From NCBI GenBank assembly GCA_964016885.1, contig CAXHJY010000346.1:1-64000 (forward strand): a DNA stretch of 64,000 bases, written 5' to 3'. The notes below the pieces were generated by a model. It ran no database searches, had not been told where the DNA came from, and worked only from the letters and a program-made list of their open reading frames with translations. The position numbers and the translations under genes were made by a program. Positions 40,180 through 55,161 of this stretch are shown in pieces (positions within the stretch are counted from its first letter, which is position 1; every line of letters starts with the position of its first letter). The stretch comes from Eledone cirrhosa. Taxonomy: Eukaryota.

Positions 40180-43100
40180 GATATCTTGCTGAAATTCACG
40201 CCACCCATAGCCAATGAGTGTCTGCACATGTACCAGTAATTACAGATCGATCCGACCACGGGCGGCCGGCCCGCGATTGAAAAGGTAACTCCGCCGGCAA
40301 ATCGTCATTTTTGGATTCGTTTTCTTCGAAGCACACCATTCGCCGGCGGACTTTGCTGACGTTTAACACGGTTTGGTTCCACAGCCACAACTATTGATTT
40401 TACGGAGATATCTTGCTGAAATTCACGCCACCCATAGCCAATGAGTGTCTGCACATCTACCAGTAATTACAGATCGATCCGACCACGGGCGGCCGGCCCG
40501 CGATTGAAAAGGTAACTCCGCCGGCAAATCGTCATTTTTGGATTCGTTTTCTTCGAAGCACACCATTCGCCGGCGGACTTTGCTGACGTTTAACACGGTT
40601 TGGTTCCACAGCCACAACTATTGATTTTACGGAGATATCTTGCTGAAATTCACGCCACACATAGCCAATGAGTGTCTGCACATGTACCAGTAATTACAGA
40701 TCGATCCGACCACGGGCGGCCGGCCCGCGATTGAAAAGGTAACTCCGCCGGCAAATCGTCATTTTTGGATTCGTTTTCTTCGAAGCACACCATTCGCCGG
40801 CGGACTTTGTTGACGTTTAACACGGTTTGGTTCCACAGCCACAACTATTGATTTTACGGAGATATCTTGCTGAAATTCACGCCACCCATAGCCAATGAGT
40901 GTCTGCACATGTACCAGTAATTACAGATCGATCCGACCACGGGCGGCCGGCCCGCGATTGAAAAGGTAACTCCGCCGGCAAATCGTCATTTTTGGATTCG
41001 TTTTCTTCGAAGCACACCATTTGCCGGCGGACTTTGCTGACGTTTAACACGGTTTGGTTCCACAGCCACAACTATTGATTTTACGGAGATATCTTGCTGA
41101 AATTCACGCCACACATAGCCAATGAGTGTCTGCACATGTACCAGTAATTACAGATCGATCCGACCACGGGCGGCCGGCCCGCGATTGAAAAGGTAACTCC
41201 GCCGGCAAATCGTCATTTTTGGATTCGTTTTCTTCGAAGCACACCATTCGCCGGCGGACTTTGTTGACGTTTAACACGGTTTGGTTCCACAGCCACAACT
41301 ATTGATTTTACGGAGATATCTTGCTGAAATTCACGCCACCCATAGCCAATGAGTGTCTGCACAGGTACCAGTAATTACAGATCGATCCGACCACGGGCGG
41401 CCGGCCCGCGATTGAAAAGGTAACTCCGCCGGCAAATCGTCATTTTTGGATTCGTTTTCTTCGAAGCACACCATTCGCCGGCGGACTTTGCTGACGTTTA
41501 ACACGGTTTGGTTCCACAGCCACAACTATTGATTTTACGGAGATATCTTGCTGAAATTCACGCCACCCATAGCCAATGAGTGTCTGCACAGGTACCAGTA
41601 ATTACAGATCGATCCGACCACGGGCGGCCGGCCCGCGATTGAAAAGGTAACTCCGCCGGCAAATCGTCATTTTTGGATTCGTTTTCTTCGAAGCACACCA
41701 TTCGCCGGCGGACTTTGTTGACGTTTAACACGGTTTGGTTCCACAGCCACAACTATTGATTTTACGGAGATATCTTGCTGAAATTCACGCCACCCATAGC
41801 CAATGAGTGTCTGCACATGTACCAGTAATTACAGATCGATCCGACCACGGGCGGCCGGCCCGCGATTGAAAAGGTAACTCCGCCGGCAAATCGTCATTTT
41901 TGGATTCGTTTTCTTCGAAGCACACCATTCGCCGGCGGACTTTGCTGACGTTTAACACGGTTTGGTTCCACAGCCACAACTATTGATTTTACGGAGATAT
42001 CTTGCTGAAATTCACGCCACCCATAGCCAATGAGTGTCTGCACATCTACCAGTAATTACAGATCGATCCGACCACGGGCGGCCGGCCCGCGATTGAAAAG
42101 GTAACTCCGCCGGCAAATCGTCATTTTTGGATTCGTTTTCTTCGAAGCACACCATTCGCCGGCGGACTTTGCTGACGTTTAACACGGTTTGGTTCCACAG
42201 CCACAACTATTGATTTTACGGAGATATCTTGCTGAAATTCACGCCACACATAGCCAATGAGTGTCTGCACATGTACCAGTAATTACAGATCGATCCGACC
42301 ACGGGCGGCCGGCCCGCGATTGAAAAGGTAACTCCGCCGGCAAATCGTCATTTTTGGATTCGTTTTCTTCGAAGCACACCATTCGCCGGCGGACTTTGTT
42401 GACGTTTAACACGGTTTGGTTCCACAGCCACAACTATTGATTTTACGGAGATATCTTGCTGAAATTCACGCCACCCATAGCCAATGAGTGTCTGCACATG
42501 TACCAGTAATTACAGATCGATCCGACCACGGGCGGCCGGCCCGCGATTGAAAAGGTAACTCCGCCGGCAAATCGTCATTTTTGGATTCGTTTTCTTCGAA
42601 GCACACCATTTGCCGGCGGACTTTGCTGACGTTTAACACGGTTTGGTTCCACAGCCACAACTATTGATTTTACGGAGATATCTTGCTGAAATTCACGCCA
42701 CACATAGCCAATGAGTGTCTGCACATGTACCAGTAATTACAGATCGATCCGACCACGGGCGGCCGGCCCGCGATTGAAAAGGTAACTCCGCCGGCAAATC
42801 GTCATTTTTGGATTCGTTTTCTTCGAAGCACACCATTCGCCGGCGGACTTTGTTGACGTTTAACACGGTTTGGTTCCACAGCCACAACTATTGATTTTAC
42901 GGAGATATCTTGCTGAAATTCACGCCACCCATAGCCAATGAGTGTCTGCACAGGTACCAGTAATTACAGATCGATCCGACCACGGGCGGCCGGCCCGCGA
43001 TTGAAAAGGTAACTCCGCCGGCAAATCGTCATTTTTGGATTCGTTTTCTTCGAAGCACACCATTCGCCGGCGGACTTTGCTGACGTTTAACACGGTTTGG

Positions 43101-43584
43101 TTCCACAGCCACAACTATTGATTTTACGGAGATATCTTGCTGAAATTCACGCCACCCATAGCCAATGAGTGTCTGCACAGGTACCAGTAATTACAGATCG
43201 ATCCGACCACGGGCGGCCGGCCCGCGATTGAAAAGGTAACTCCGCCGGCAAATCGTCATTTTTGGATTCGTTTTCTTCGAAGCACACCATTCGCCGGCGG
43301 ACTTTGTTGACGTTTAACACGGTTTGGTTCCACAGCCACAACTATTGATTTTACGGAGATATCTTGCTGAAATTCACGCCACCCATAGCCAATGAGTGTC
43401 TGCACATGTACCAGTAATTACAGATCGATCCGACCACGGGCGGCCGGCCCGCGATTGAAAAGGTAACTCCGCCGGCAAATCGTCATTTTTGGATTCGTTT
43501 TCTTCGAAGCACACCATTCGCCGGCGGACTTTGCTGACGTTTAACACGGTTTGGTTCCACAGCCACAACTATTGATTTTACGGA
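40180..43584. repeat. Tandem 7-monomer duplication (1589 bp)
   Basis: Monomer types 178-184 repeat as 185-191 (G51C monomers at 40407 and 41996; C162T monomers at 40861 and 42450). Confidence 0.8.
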
Positions 43585-46500
43585 GATATCTTGCTGAAAT
43601 TCACGCCACACATAGCCAATGAGTGTCTGCACATGTACCAGTAATTACAGATCGATCCGACCACGGGCGGCCGGGCCGCGATTGAAAAGGTAACTCCGCC
43701 GGCAAATCGTCATTTTTGGATTCGTTTTCTTCGAAGCACACCATTCGCCGGCGGACTTTGCTGACGTTTAACACGGTTTGGTTCCACAGCCACAACTATT
43801 GATTTTACGGAGATATCTTGCTGAAATTCACGCCACACATAGCCAATGAGTGTCTGCACATGTACCAGTAATTACAGATCGATCCGACCACGGGCGGCCG
43901 GCCCGCGATTGAAAAGGTAACTCCGCCGGCAAATCGTCATTTTTGGATTCGTTTTCTTCGAAGCACACCATTTGCCGGCGGACTTTGCTGACGTTTAACA
44001 CGGTTTGGTTCCACAGCCACAACTATTGATTTTACGGAGATATCTTGCTGAAATTCACGCCACACATAGCCAATGAGTGTCTGCACATGTACCAGTAATT
44101 ACAGATCGATCCGACCACGGGCGGCCGGCCCGCGATTGAAAAGGTAACTCCGCCGGCAAATCGTCATTTTTGGATTCGTTTTCTTCGAAGCACACCATTC
44201 GCCGGCGGACTTTGTTGACGTTTAACACGGTTTGGTTCCACAGCCACAACTATTGATTTTACGGAGATATCTTGCTGAAATTCACGCCACCCATAGCCAA
44301 TGAGTGTCTGCACAGGTACCAGTAATTACAGATCGATCCGACCACGTGCGGCCGGCCCGCGATTGAAAAGGTAACTCCGCCGGCAAATCGTCATTTTTGG
44401 ATTCGTTTTCTTCGAAGCACACCATTCGCCGGCAGACTTTGTTGACGTTTAACACGGTTTGGTTCCACAGCCACAACTATTGATTTTACGGAGATATCTT
44501 GCTGAAATTCACGCCACACATAGCCAATGAGTGTCTGCACATGTACCAGTAATTACAGATCGATCCGACCACGGGCGGCCGGCCCGCGATTGAAAAGGTA
44601 ACTCCGCCGGCAAATCGTCATTTTTGGATTCGTTTTCTTCGAAGCACACCATTCGCCGGCGGACTTTGTTGACGTTTAACACGGTTTGGTTCCACAGCCA
44701 CAACTATTGATTTTACGGAGATATCTTGCTGAAATTCACGCCACCCATAGCCAATGAGTGTCTGCACATGTACCAGTAATTACAGATCGATCCGACCACG
44801 GGCGGCCGGCCCGCGATTGAAAAGGTAACTCCGCCGGCAAATCGTCATTTTTGGATTCGTTTTCTTCGAAGCACACCATTCGCCGGCGGACTTTGCTGAC
44901 GTTTAACACGGTTTGGTTCCACAGCCACAACTATTGATTTTACGGAGATATCTTGCTGAAATTCACGCCACCCATAGCCAATGAGTGTCTGCACATCTAC
45001 CAGTAATTACAGATCGATCCGACCACGGGCGGCCGGCCCGCGATTGAAAAGGTAACTCCGCCGGCAAATCGTCATTTTTGGATTCGTTTTCTTCGTAGCA
45101 CACCATTCGCCGGCGGACTTTGCTGACGTTTAACACGGTTTGGTTCCACAGCCACAACTATTGATTTTACGGAGATATCTTGCTGAAATTCACGCCACAC
45201 ATAGCCAATGAGTGTCTGCACATGTACCAGTAATTACAGATCGATCCGACCACGGGCGGCCGGGCCGCGATTGAAAAGGTAACTCCGCCGGCAAATCGTC
45301 ATTTTTGGATTCGTTTTCTTCGAAGCACACCATTCGCCGGCGGACTTTGCTGACGTTTAACACGGTTTGGTTCCACAGCCACAACTATTGATTTTACGGA
45401 GATATCTTGCTGAAATTCACGCCACACATAGCCAATGAGTGTCTGCACATGTACCAGTAATTACAGATCGATCCGACCACGGGCGGCCGGCCCGCGATTG
45501 AAAAGGTAACTCCGCCGGCAAATCGTCATTTTTGGATTCGTTTTCTTCGAAGCACACCATTTGCCGGCGGACTTTGCTGACGTTTAACACGGTTTGGTTC
45601 CACAGCCACAACTATTGATTTTACGGAGATATCTTGCTGAAATTCACGCCACACATAGCCAATGAGTGTCTGCACATGTACCAGTAATTACAGATCGATC
45701 CGACCACGGGCGGCCGGCCCGCGATTGAAAAGGTAACTCCGCCGGCAAATCGTCATTTTTGGATTCGTTTTCTTCGAAGCACACCATTCGCCGGCGGACT
45801 TTGTTGACGTTTAACACGGTTTGGTTCCACAGCCACAACTATTGATTTTACGGAGATATCTTGCTGAAATTCACGCCACCCATAGCCAATGAGTGTCTGC
45901 ACAGGTACCAGTAATTACAGATCGATCCGACCACGTGCGGCCGGCCCGCGATTGAAAAGGTAACTCCGCCGGCAAATCGTCATTTTTGGATTCGTTTTCT
46001 TCGAAGCACACCATTCGCCGGCAGACTTTGTTGACGTTTAACACGGTTTGGTTCCACAGCCACAACTATTGATTTTACGGAGATATCTTGCTGAAATTCA
46101 CGCCACACATAGCCAATGAGTGTCTGCACATGTACCAGTAATTACAGATCGATCCGACCACGGGCGGCCGGCCCGCGATTGAAAAGGTAACTCCGCCGGC
46201 AAATCGTCATTTTTGGATTCGTTTTCTTCGAAGCACACCATTCGCCGGCGGACTTTGTTGACGTTTAACACGGTTTGGTTCCACAGCCACAACTATTGAT
46301 TTTACGGAGATATCTTGCTGAAATTCACGCCACCCATAGCCAATGAGTGTCTGCACATGTACCAGTAATTACAGATCGATCCGACCACGGGCGGCCGGCC
46401 CGCGATTGAAAAGGTAACTCCGCCGGCAAATCGTCATTTTTGGATTCGTTTTCTTCGAAGCACACCATTCGCCGGCGGACTTTGCTGACGTTTAACACGG

Positions 46501-49500
46501 TTTGGTTCCACAGCCACAACTATTGATTTTACGGAGATATCTTGCTGAAATTCACGCCACCCATAGCCAATGAGTGTCTGCACATCTACCAGTAATTACA
46601 GATCGATCCGACCACGGGCGGCCGGCCCGCGATTGAAAAGGTAACTCCGCCGGCAAATCGTCATTTTTGGATTCGTTTTCTTCGTAGCACACCATTCGCC
46701 GGCGGACTTTGCTGACGTTTAACACGGTTTGGTTCCACAGCCACAACTATTGATTTTACGGAGATATCTTGCTGAAATTCACGCCACACATAGCCAATGA
46801 GTGTCTGCACATGTACCAGTAATTACAGATCGATCCGACCACGGGCGGCCGGCCCGCGATTGAAAAGGTAACTCCGCCGGCAAATCGTCATTTTTGGATT
46901 CGTTTTCTTCGAAGCACACCATTCGCCGGCGGACTTTGCTGACGTTTAACACGGTTTGGTTCCACAGCCACAACTATTGATTTTACGGAGATATCTTGCT
47001 GAAATTCACGCCACCCATAGCCAATGAGTGTCTGCACATGTACCAGTAATTACAGATCGATCCGACCACGGGCGGCCGGGCCGCGATTGAAAAGGTAACT
47101 CCGCCGGCAAATCGTCATTTTTGGATTCGTTTTCTTCGTAGCACACCATTCGCCGGCGGACTTTGCTGACGTTTAACACGGTTTGGTTCCACAGCCACAA
47201 CTATTGATTTTACGGAGATATCTTGCTGAAATTCACGCCACACATAGCCAATGAGTGTCTGCACATGTACCAGTAATTACAGATCGATCCGACCACGGGC
47301 GGCCGGGCCGCGATTGAAAAGGTAACTCCGCCGGCAAATCGTCATTTTTGGATTCGTTTTCTTCGAAGCACACCATTCGCCGGCGGACTTTGCTGACGTT
47401 TAACACGGTTTGGTTCCACAGCCACAACTATTGATTTTACGGAGATATCTTGCTGAAATTCACGCCACACATAGCCAATGAGTGTCTGCACATGTACCAG
47501 TAATTACAGATCGATCCGACCACGGGCGGCCGGCCCGCGATTGAAAAGGTAACTCCGCCGGCAAATCGTCATTTTTGGATTCGTTTTCTTCGAAGCACAC
47601 CATTTGCCGGCGGACTTTGCTGACGTTTAACACGGTTTGGTTCCACAGCCACAACTATTGATTTTACGGAGATATCTTGCTGAAATTCACGCCACACATA
47701 GCCAATGAGTGTCTGCACATGTACCAGTAATTACAGATCGATCCGACCACGGGCGGCCGGCCCGCGATTGAAAAGGTAACTCCGCCGGCAAATCGTCATT
47801 TTTGGATTCGTTTTCTTCGAAGCACACCATTCGCCGGCGGACTTTGTTGACGTTTAACACGGTTTGGTTCCACAGCCACAACTATTGATTTTACGGAGAT
47901 ATCTTGCTGAAATTCACGCCACCCATAGCCAATGAGTGTCTGCACAGGTACCAGTAATTACAGATCGATCCGACCACGTGCGGCCGGCCCGCGATTGAAA
48001 AGGTAACTCCGCCGGCAAATCGTCATTTTTGGATTCGTTTTCTTCGAAGCACACCATTCGCCGGCAGACTTTGTTGACGTTTAACACGGTTTGGTTCCAC
48101 AGCCACAACTATTGATTTTACGGAGATATCTTGCTGAAATTCACGCCACACATAGCCAATGAGTGTCTGCACATGTACCAGTAATTACAGATCGATCCGA
48201 CCACGGGCGGCCGGCCCGCGATTGAAAAGGTAACTCCGCCGGCAAATCGTCATTTTTGGATTCGTTTTCTTCGAAGCACACCATTCGCCGGCGGACTTTG
48301 TTGACGTTTAACACGGTTTGGTTCCACAGCCACAACTATTGATTTTACGGAGATATCTTGCTGAAATTCACGCCACCCATAGCCAATGAGTGTCTGCACA
48401 TGTACCAGTAATTACAGATCGATCCGACCACGGGCGGCCGGCCCGCGATTGAAAAGGTAACTCCGCCGGCAAATCGTCATTTTTGGATTCGTTTTCTTCG
48501 AAGCACACCATTCGCCGGCGGACTTTGCTGACGTTTAACACGGTTTGGTTCCACAGCCACAACTATTGATTTTACGGAGATATCTTGCTGAAATTCACGC
48601 CACCCATAGCCAATGAGTGTCTGCACATCTACCAGTAATTACAGATCGATCCGACCACGGGCGGCCGGCCCGCGATTGAAAAGGTAACTCCGCCGGCAAA
48701 TCGTCATTTTTGGATTCGTTTTCTTCGTAGCACACCATTCGCCGGCGGACTTTGCTGACGTTTAACACGGTTTGGTTCCACAGCCACAACTATTGATTTT
48801 ACGGAGATATCTTGCTGAAATTCACGCCACACATAGCCAATGAGTGTCTGCACATGTACCAGTAATTACAGATCGATCCGACCACGGGCGGCCGGCCCGC
48901 GATTGAAAAGGTAACTCCGCCGGCAAATCGTCATTTTTGGATTCGTTTTCTTCGAAGCACACCATTCGCCGGCGGACTTTGCTGACGTTTAACACGGTTT
49001 GGTTCCACAGCCACAACTATTGATTTTACGGAGATATCTTGCTGAAATTCACGCCACCCATAGCCAATGAGTGTCTGCACATGTACCAGTAATTACAGAT
49101 CGATCCGACCACGGGCGGCCGGGCCGCGATTGAAAAGGTAACTCCGCCGGCAAATCGTCATTTTTGGATTCGTTTTCTTCGAAGCACACCATTCGCCGGC
49201 GGACTTTGTTGACGTTTAACACGGTTTGGTTCCACAGCCACAACTATTGATTTTACGGAGATATCTTGCTGAAATTCACGCCACACATAGCCAATGAGTG
49301 TCTGCACATGTACCAGTAATTACAGATCGATCCGACCACGGGCGGCCGGGCCGCGATTGAAAAGGTAACTCCGCCGGCAAATCGTCATTTTTGGATTCGT
49401 TTTCTTCGAAGCACACCATTCGCCGGCGGACTTTGCTGACGTTTAACACGGTTTGGTTCCACAGCCACAACTATTGATTTTACGGAGATATCTTGCTGAA

Positions 49501-52500
49501 ATTCACGCCACACATAGCCAATGAGTGTCTGCACATGTACCAGTAACTACAGATCGATCCGACCACGGGCGGCCGGCCCGCGATTGAAAAGGTAACTCCG
49601 CCGGCAAATCGTCATTTTTGGATTCGTTTTCTTCGAAGCACACCATTCGCCGGCGGACTTTGTTGACGTTTAACACGGTTTGGTTCCACAGCCACAACTA
49701 TTGATTTTACGGAGATATCTTGCTGAAATTCACGCCACCCATAGCCAATGAGTGTCTGCACAGGTACCAGTAATTACAGATCGATCCGACCACGGGCGGC
49801 CGGCCCGCGATTGAAAAGGTAACTCCGCCGGCAAATCGTCATTTTTGGATTCGTTTTCTTCGAAGCACACCATTCGCCGGCGGACTTTGCTGACGTTTAA
49901 CACGGTTTGGTTCCACAGCCACAACTATTGATTTTACGGAGATATCTTGCTGAAATTCACGCCACCCATAGCCAATGAGTGTCTGCACAGGTACCAGTAA
50001 TTACAGATCGATCCGACCACGGGCGGCCGGCCCGCGATTGAAAAGGTAACTCCGCCGGCAAATCGTCATTTTTGGATTCGTTTTCTTCGAAGCACACCAT
50101 TCGCCGGCGGACTTTGTTGACGTTTAACACGGTTTGGTTCCACAGCCACAACTATTGATTTTACGGAGATATCTTGCTGAAATTCACGCCACCCATAGCC
50201 AATGAGTGTCTGCACATGTACCAGTAATTACAGATCGATCCGACCACGGGCGGCCGGCCCGCGATTGAAAAGGTAACTCCGCCGGCAAATCGTCATTTTT
50301 GGATTCGTTTTCTTCGAAGCACACCATTCGCCGGCGGACTTTGCTGACGTTTAACACGGTTTGGTTCCACAGCCACAACTATTGATTTTACGGAGATATC
50401 TTGCTGAAATTCACGCCACACATAGCCAATGAGTGTCTGCACATGTACCAGTAATTACAGATCGATCCGACCACGGGCGGCCGGGCCGCGATTGAAAAGG
50501 TAACTCCGCCGGCAAATCGTCATTTTTGGATTCGTTTTCTTCGAAGCACACCATTCGCCGGCGGACTTTGCTGACGTTTAACACGGTTTGGTTCCACAGC
50601 CACAACTATTGATTTTACGGAGATATCTTGCTGAAATTCACGCCACACATAGCCAATGAGTGTCTGCACATGTACCAGTAATTACAGATCGATCCGACCA
50701 CGGGCGGCCGGCCCGCGATTGAAAAGGTAACTCCGCCGGCAAATCGTCATTTTTGGATTCGTTTTCTTCGAAGCACACCATTTGCCGGCGGACTTTGCTG
50801 ACGTTTAACACGGTTTGGTTCCACAGCCACAACTATTGATTTTACGGAGATATCTTGCTGAAATTCACGCCACACATAGCCAATGAGTGTCTGCACATGT
50901 ACCAGTAATTACAGATCGATCCGACCACGGGCGGCCGGCCCGCGATTGAAAAGGTAACTCCGCCGGCAAATCGTCATTTTTGGATTCGTTTTCTTCGAAG
51001 CACACCATTCGCCGGCGGACTTTGCTGACGTTTAACACGGTTTGGTTCCACAGCCACAACTATTGATTTTACGGAGATATCTTGCTGAAATTCACGCCAC
51101 ACATAGCCAATGAGTGTCTGCACATGTACCAGTAACTACAGATCGATCCGACCACGGGCGGCCGGCCCGCGATTGAAAAGGTAACTCCGCCGGCAAATCG
51201 TCATTTTTGGATTCGTTTTCTTCGAAGCACACCATTCGCCGGCGGACTTTGTTGACGTTTAACACGGTTTGGTTCCACAGCCACAACTATTGATTTTACG
51301 GAGATATCTTGCTGAAATTCACGCCACCCATAGCCAATGAGTGTCTGCACAGGTACCAGTAATTACAGATCGATCCGACCACGGGCGGCCGGCCCGCGAT
51401 TGAAAAGGTAACTCCGCCGGCAAATCGTCATTTTTGGATTCGTTTTCTTCGAAGCACACCATTCGCCGGCGGACTTTGCTGACGTTTAACACGGTTTGGT
51501 TCCACAGCCACAACTATTGATTTTACGGAGATATCTTGCTGAAATTCACGCCACCCATAGCCAATGAGTGTCTGCACAGGTACCAGTAATTACAGATCGA
51601 TCCGACCACGGGCGGCCGGCCCGCGATTGAAAAGGTAACTCCGCCGGCAAATCGTCATTTTTGGATTCGTTTTCTTCGAAGCACACCATTCGCCGGCGGA
51701 CTTTGTTGACGTTTAACACGGTTTGGTTCCACAGCCACAACTATTGATTTTACGGAGATATCTTGCTGAAATTCACGCCACCCATAGCCAATGAGTGTCT
51801 GCACATGTACCAGTAATTACAGATCGATCCGACCACGGGCGGCCGGCCCGCGATTGAAAAGGTAACTCCGCCGGCAAATCGTCATTTTTGGATTCGTTTT
51901 CTTCGAAGCACACCATTCGCCGGCGGACTTTGCTGACGTTTAACACGGTTTGGTTCCACAGCCACAACTATTGATTTTACGGAGATATCTTGCTGAAATT
52001 CACGCCACACATAGCCAATGAGTGTCTGCACATGTACCAGTAATTACAGATCGATCCGACCACGGGCGGCCGGGCCGCGATTGAAAAGGTAACTCCGCCG
52101 GCAAATCGTCATTTTTGGATTCGTTTTCTTCGAAGCACACCATTCGCCGGCGGACTTTGCTGACGTTTAACACGGTTTGGTTCCACAGCCACAACTATTG
52201 ATTTTACGGAGATATCTTGCTGAAATTCACGCCACACATAGCCAATGAGTGTCTGCACATGTACCAGTAATTACAGATCGATCCGACCACGGGCGGCCGG
52301 CCCGCGATTGAAAAGGTAACTCCGCCGGCAAATCGTCATTTTTGGATTCGTTTTCTTCGAAGCACACCATTTGCCGGCGGACTTTGCTGACGTTTAACAC
52401 GGTTTGGTTCCACAGCCACAACTATTGATTTTACGGAGATATCTTGCTGAAATTCACGCCACACATAGCCAATGAGTGTCTGCACATGTACCAGTAATTA

Positions 52501-55161
52501 CAGATCGATCCGACCACGGGCGGCCGGCCCGCGATTGAAAAGGTAACTCCGCCGGCAAATCGTCATTTTTGGATTCGTTTTCTTCGAAGCACACCATTCG
52601 CCGGCGGACTTTGTTGACGTTTAACACGGTTTGGTTCCACAGCCACAACTATTGATTTTACGGAGATATCTTGCTGAAATTCACGCCACCCATAGCCAAT
52701 GAGTGTCTGCACAGGTACCAGTAATTACAGATCGATCCGACCACGTGCGGCCGGCCCGCGATTGAAAAGGTAACTCCGCCGGCAAATCGTCATTTTTGGA
52801 TTCGTTTTCTTCGAAGCACACCATTCGCCGGCAGACTTTGTTGACGTTTAACACGGTTTGGTTCCACAGCCACAACTATTGATTTTACGGAGATATCTTG
52901 CTGAAATTCACGCCACACATAGCCAATGAGTGTCTGCACATGTACCAGTAATTACAGATCGATCCGACCACGGGCGGCCGGCCCGCGATTGAAAAGGTAA
53001 CTCCGCCGGCAAATCGTCATTTTTGGATTCGTTTTCTTCGAAGCACACCATTCGCCGGCGGACTTTGTTGACGTTTAACACGGTTTGGTTCCACAGCCAC
53101 AACTATTGATTTTACGGAGATATCTTGCTGAAATTCACGCCACCCATAGCCAATGAGTGTCTGCACATGTACCAGTAATTACAGATCGATCCGACCACGG
53201 GCGGCCGGCCCGCGATTGAAAAGGTAACTCCGCCGGCAAATCGTCATTTTTGGATTCGTTTTCTTCGAAGCACACCATTCGCCGGCGGACTTTGCTGACG
53301 TTTAACACGGTTTGGTTCCACAGCCACAACTATTGATTTTACGGAGATATCTTGCTGAAATTCACGCCACCCATAGCCAATGAGTGTCTGCACATCTACC
53401 AGTAATTACAGATCGATCCGACCACGGGCGGCCGGCCCGCGATTGAAAAGGTAACTCCGCCGGCAAATCGTCATTTTTGGATTCGTTTTCTTCGTAGCAC
53501 ACCATTCGCCGGCGGACTTTGCTGACGTTTAACACGGTTTGGTTCCACAGCCACAACTATTGATTTTACGGAGATATCTTGCTGAAATTCACGCCACACA
53601 TAGCCAATGAGTGTCTGCACATGTACCAGTAATTACAGATCGATCCGACCACGGGCGGCCGGGCCGCGATTGAAAAGGTAACTCCGCCGGCAAATCGTCA
53701 TTTTTGGATTCGTTTTCTTCGAAGCACACCATTCGCCGGCGGACTTTGCTGACGTTTAACACGGTTTGGTTCCACAGCCACAACTATTGATTTTACGGAG
53801 ATATCTTGCTGAAATTCACGCCACACATAGCCAATGAGTGTCTGCACATGTACCAGTAATTACAGATCGATCCGACCACGGGCGGCCGGCCCGCGATTGA
53901 AAAGGTAACTCCGCCGGCAAATCGTCATTTTTGGATTCGTTTTCTTCGAAGCACACCATTTGCCGGCGGACTTTGCTGACGTTTAACACGGTTTGGTTCC
54001 ACAGCCACAACTATTGATTTTACGGAGATATCTTGCTGAAATTCACGCCACACATAGCCAATGAGTGTCTGCACATGTACCAGTAATTACAGATCGATCC
54101 GACCACGGGCGGCCGGCCCGCGATTGAAAAGGTAACTCCGCCGGCAAATCGTCATTTTTGGATTCGTTTTCTTCGAAGCACACCATTCGCCGGCGGACTT
54201 TGTTGACGTTTAACACGGTTTGGTTCCACAGCCACAACTATTGATTTTACGGAGATATCTTGCTGAAATTCACGCCACCCATAGCCAATGAGTGTCTGCA
54301 CAGGTACCAGTAATTACAGATCGATCCGACCACGTGCGGCCGGCCCGCGATTGAAAAGGTAACTCCGCCGGCAAATCGTCATTTTTGGATTCGTTTTCTT
54401 CGAAGCACACCATTCGCCGGCAGACTTTGTTGACGTTTAACACGGTTTGGTTCCACAGCCACAACTATTGATTTTACGGAGATATCTTGCTGAAATTCAC
54501 GCCACACATAGCCAATGAGTGTCTGCACATGTACCAGTAATTACAGATCGATCCGACCACGGGCGGCCGGCCCGCGATTGAAAAGGTAACTCCGCCGGCA
54601 AATCGTCATTTTTGGATTCGTTTTCTTCGAAGCACACCATTCGCCGGCGGACTTTGTTGACGTTTAACACGGTTTGGTTCCACAGCCACAACTATTGATT
54701 TTACGGAGATATCTTGCTGAAATTCACGCCACCCATAGCCAATGAGTGTCTGCACATGTACCAGTAATTACAGATCGATCCGACCACGGGCGGCCGGCCC
54801 GCGATTGAAAAGGTAACTCCGCCGGCAAATCGTCATTTTTGGATTCGTTTTCTTCGAAGCACACCATTCGCCGGCGGACTTTGCTGACGTTTAACACGGT
54901 TTGGTTCCACAGCCACAACTATTGATTTTACGGAGATATCTTGCTGAAATTCACGCCACCCATAGCCAATGAGTGTCTGCACATCTACCAGTAATTACAG
55001 ATCGATCCGACCACGGGCGGCCGGCCCGCGATTGAAAAGGTAACTCCGCCGGCAAATCGTCATTTTTGGATTCGTTTTCTTCGTAGCACACCATTCGCCG
55101 GCGGACTTTGCTGACGTTTAACACGGTTTGGTTCCACAGCCACAACTATTGATTTTACGGA
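43585..55161. repeat. 7-monomer higher-order repeat (1589 bp), five copies: 43585, 45174, 47217, 51984, 53573
   Basis: The same ordered set of seven monomer types recurs: 91G, 162T, 26A, 82T+169A, 26A, plain, 51C+150T. The A150T marker (VCY in the ORF track) is confined to this interval. Confidence 0.88.
49487..52437. repeat. Tandem duplication, period 7 monomers, marked by T61C
   Basis: T61C (SVV in the ORF track) occurs only at 49547 and 51136. Monomers 219-224 match 226-231. Confidence 0.82.
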
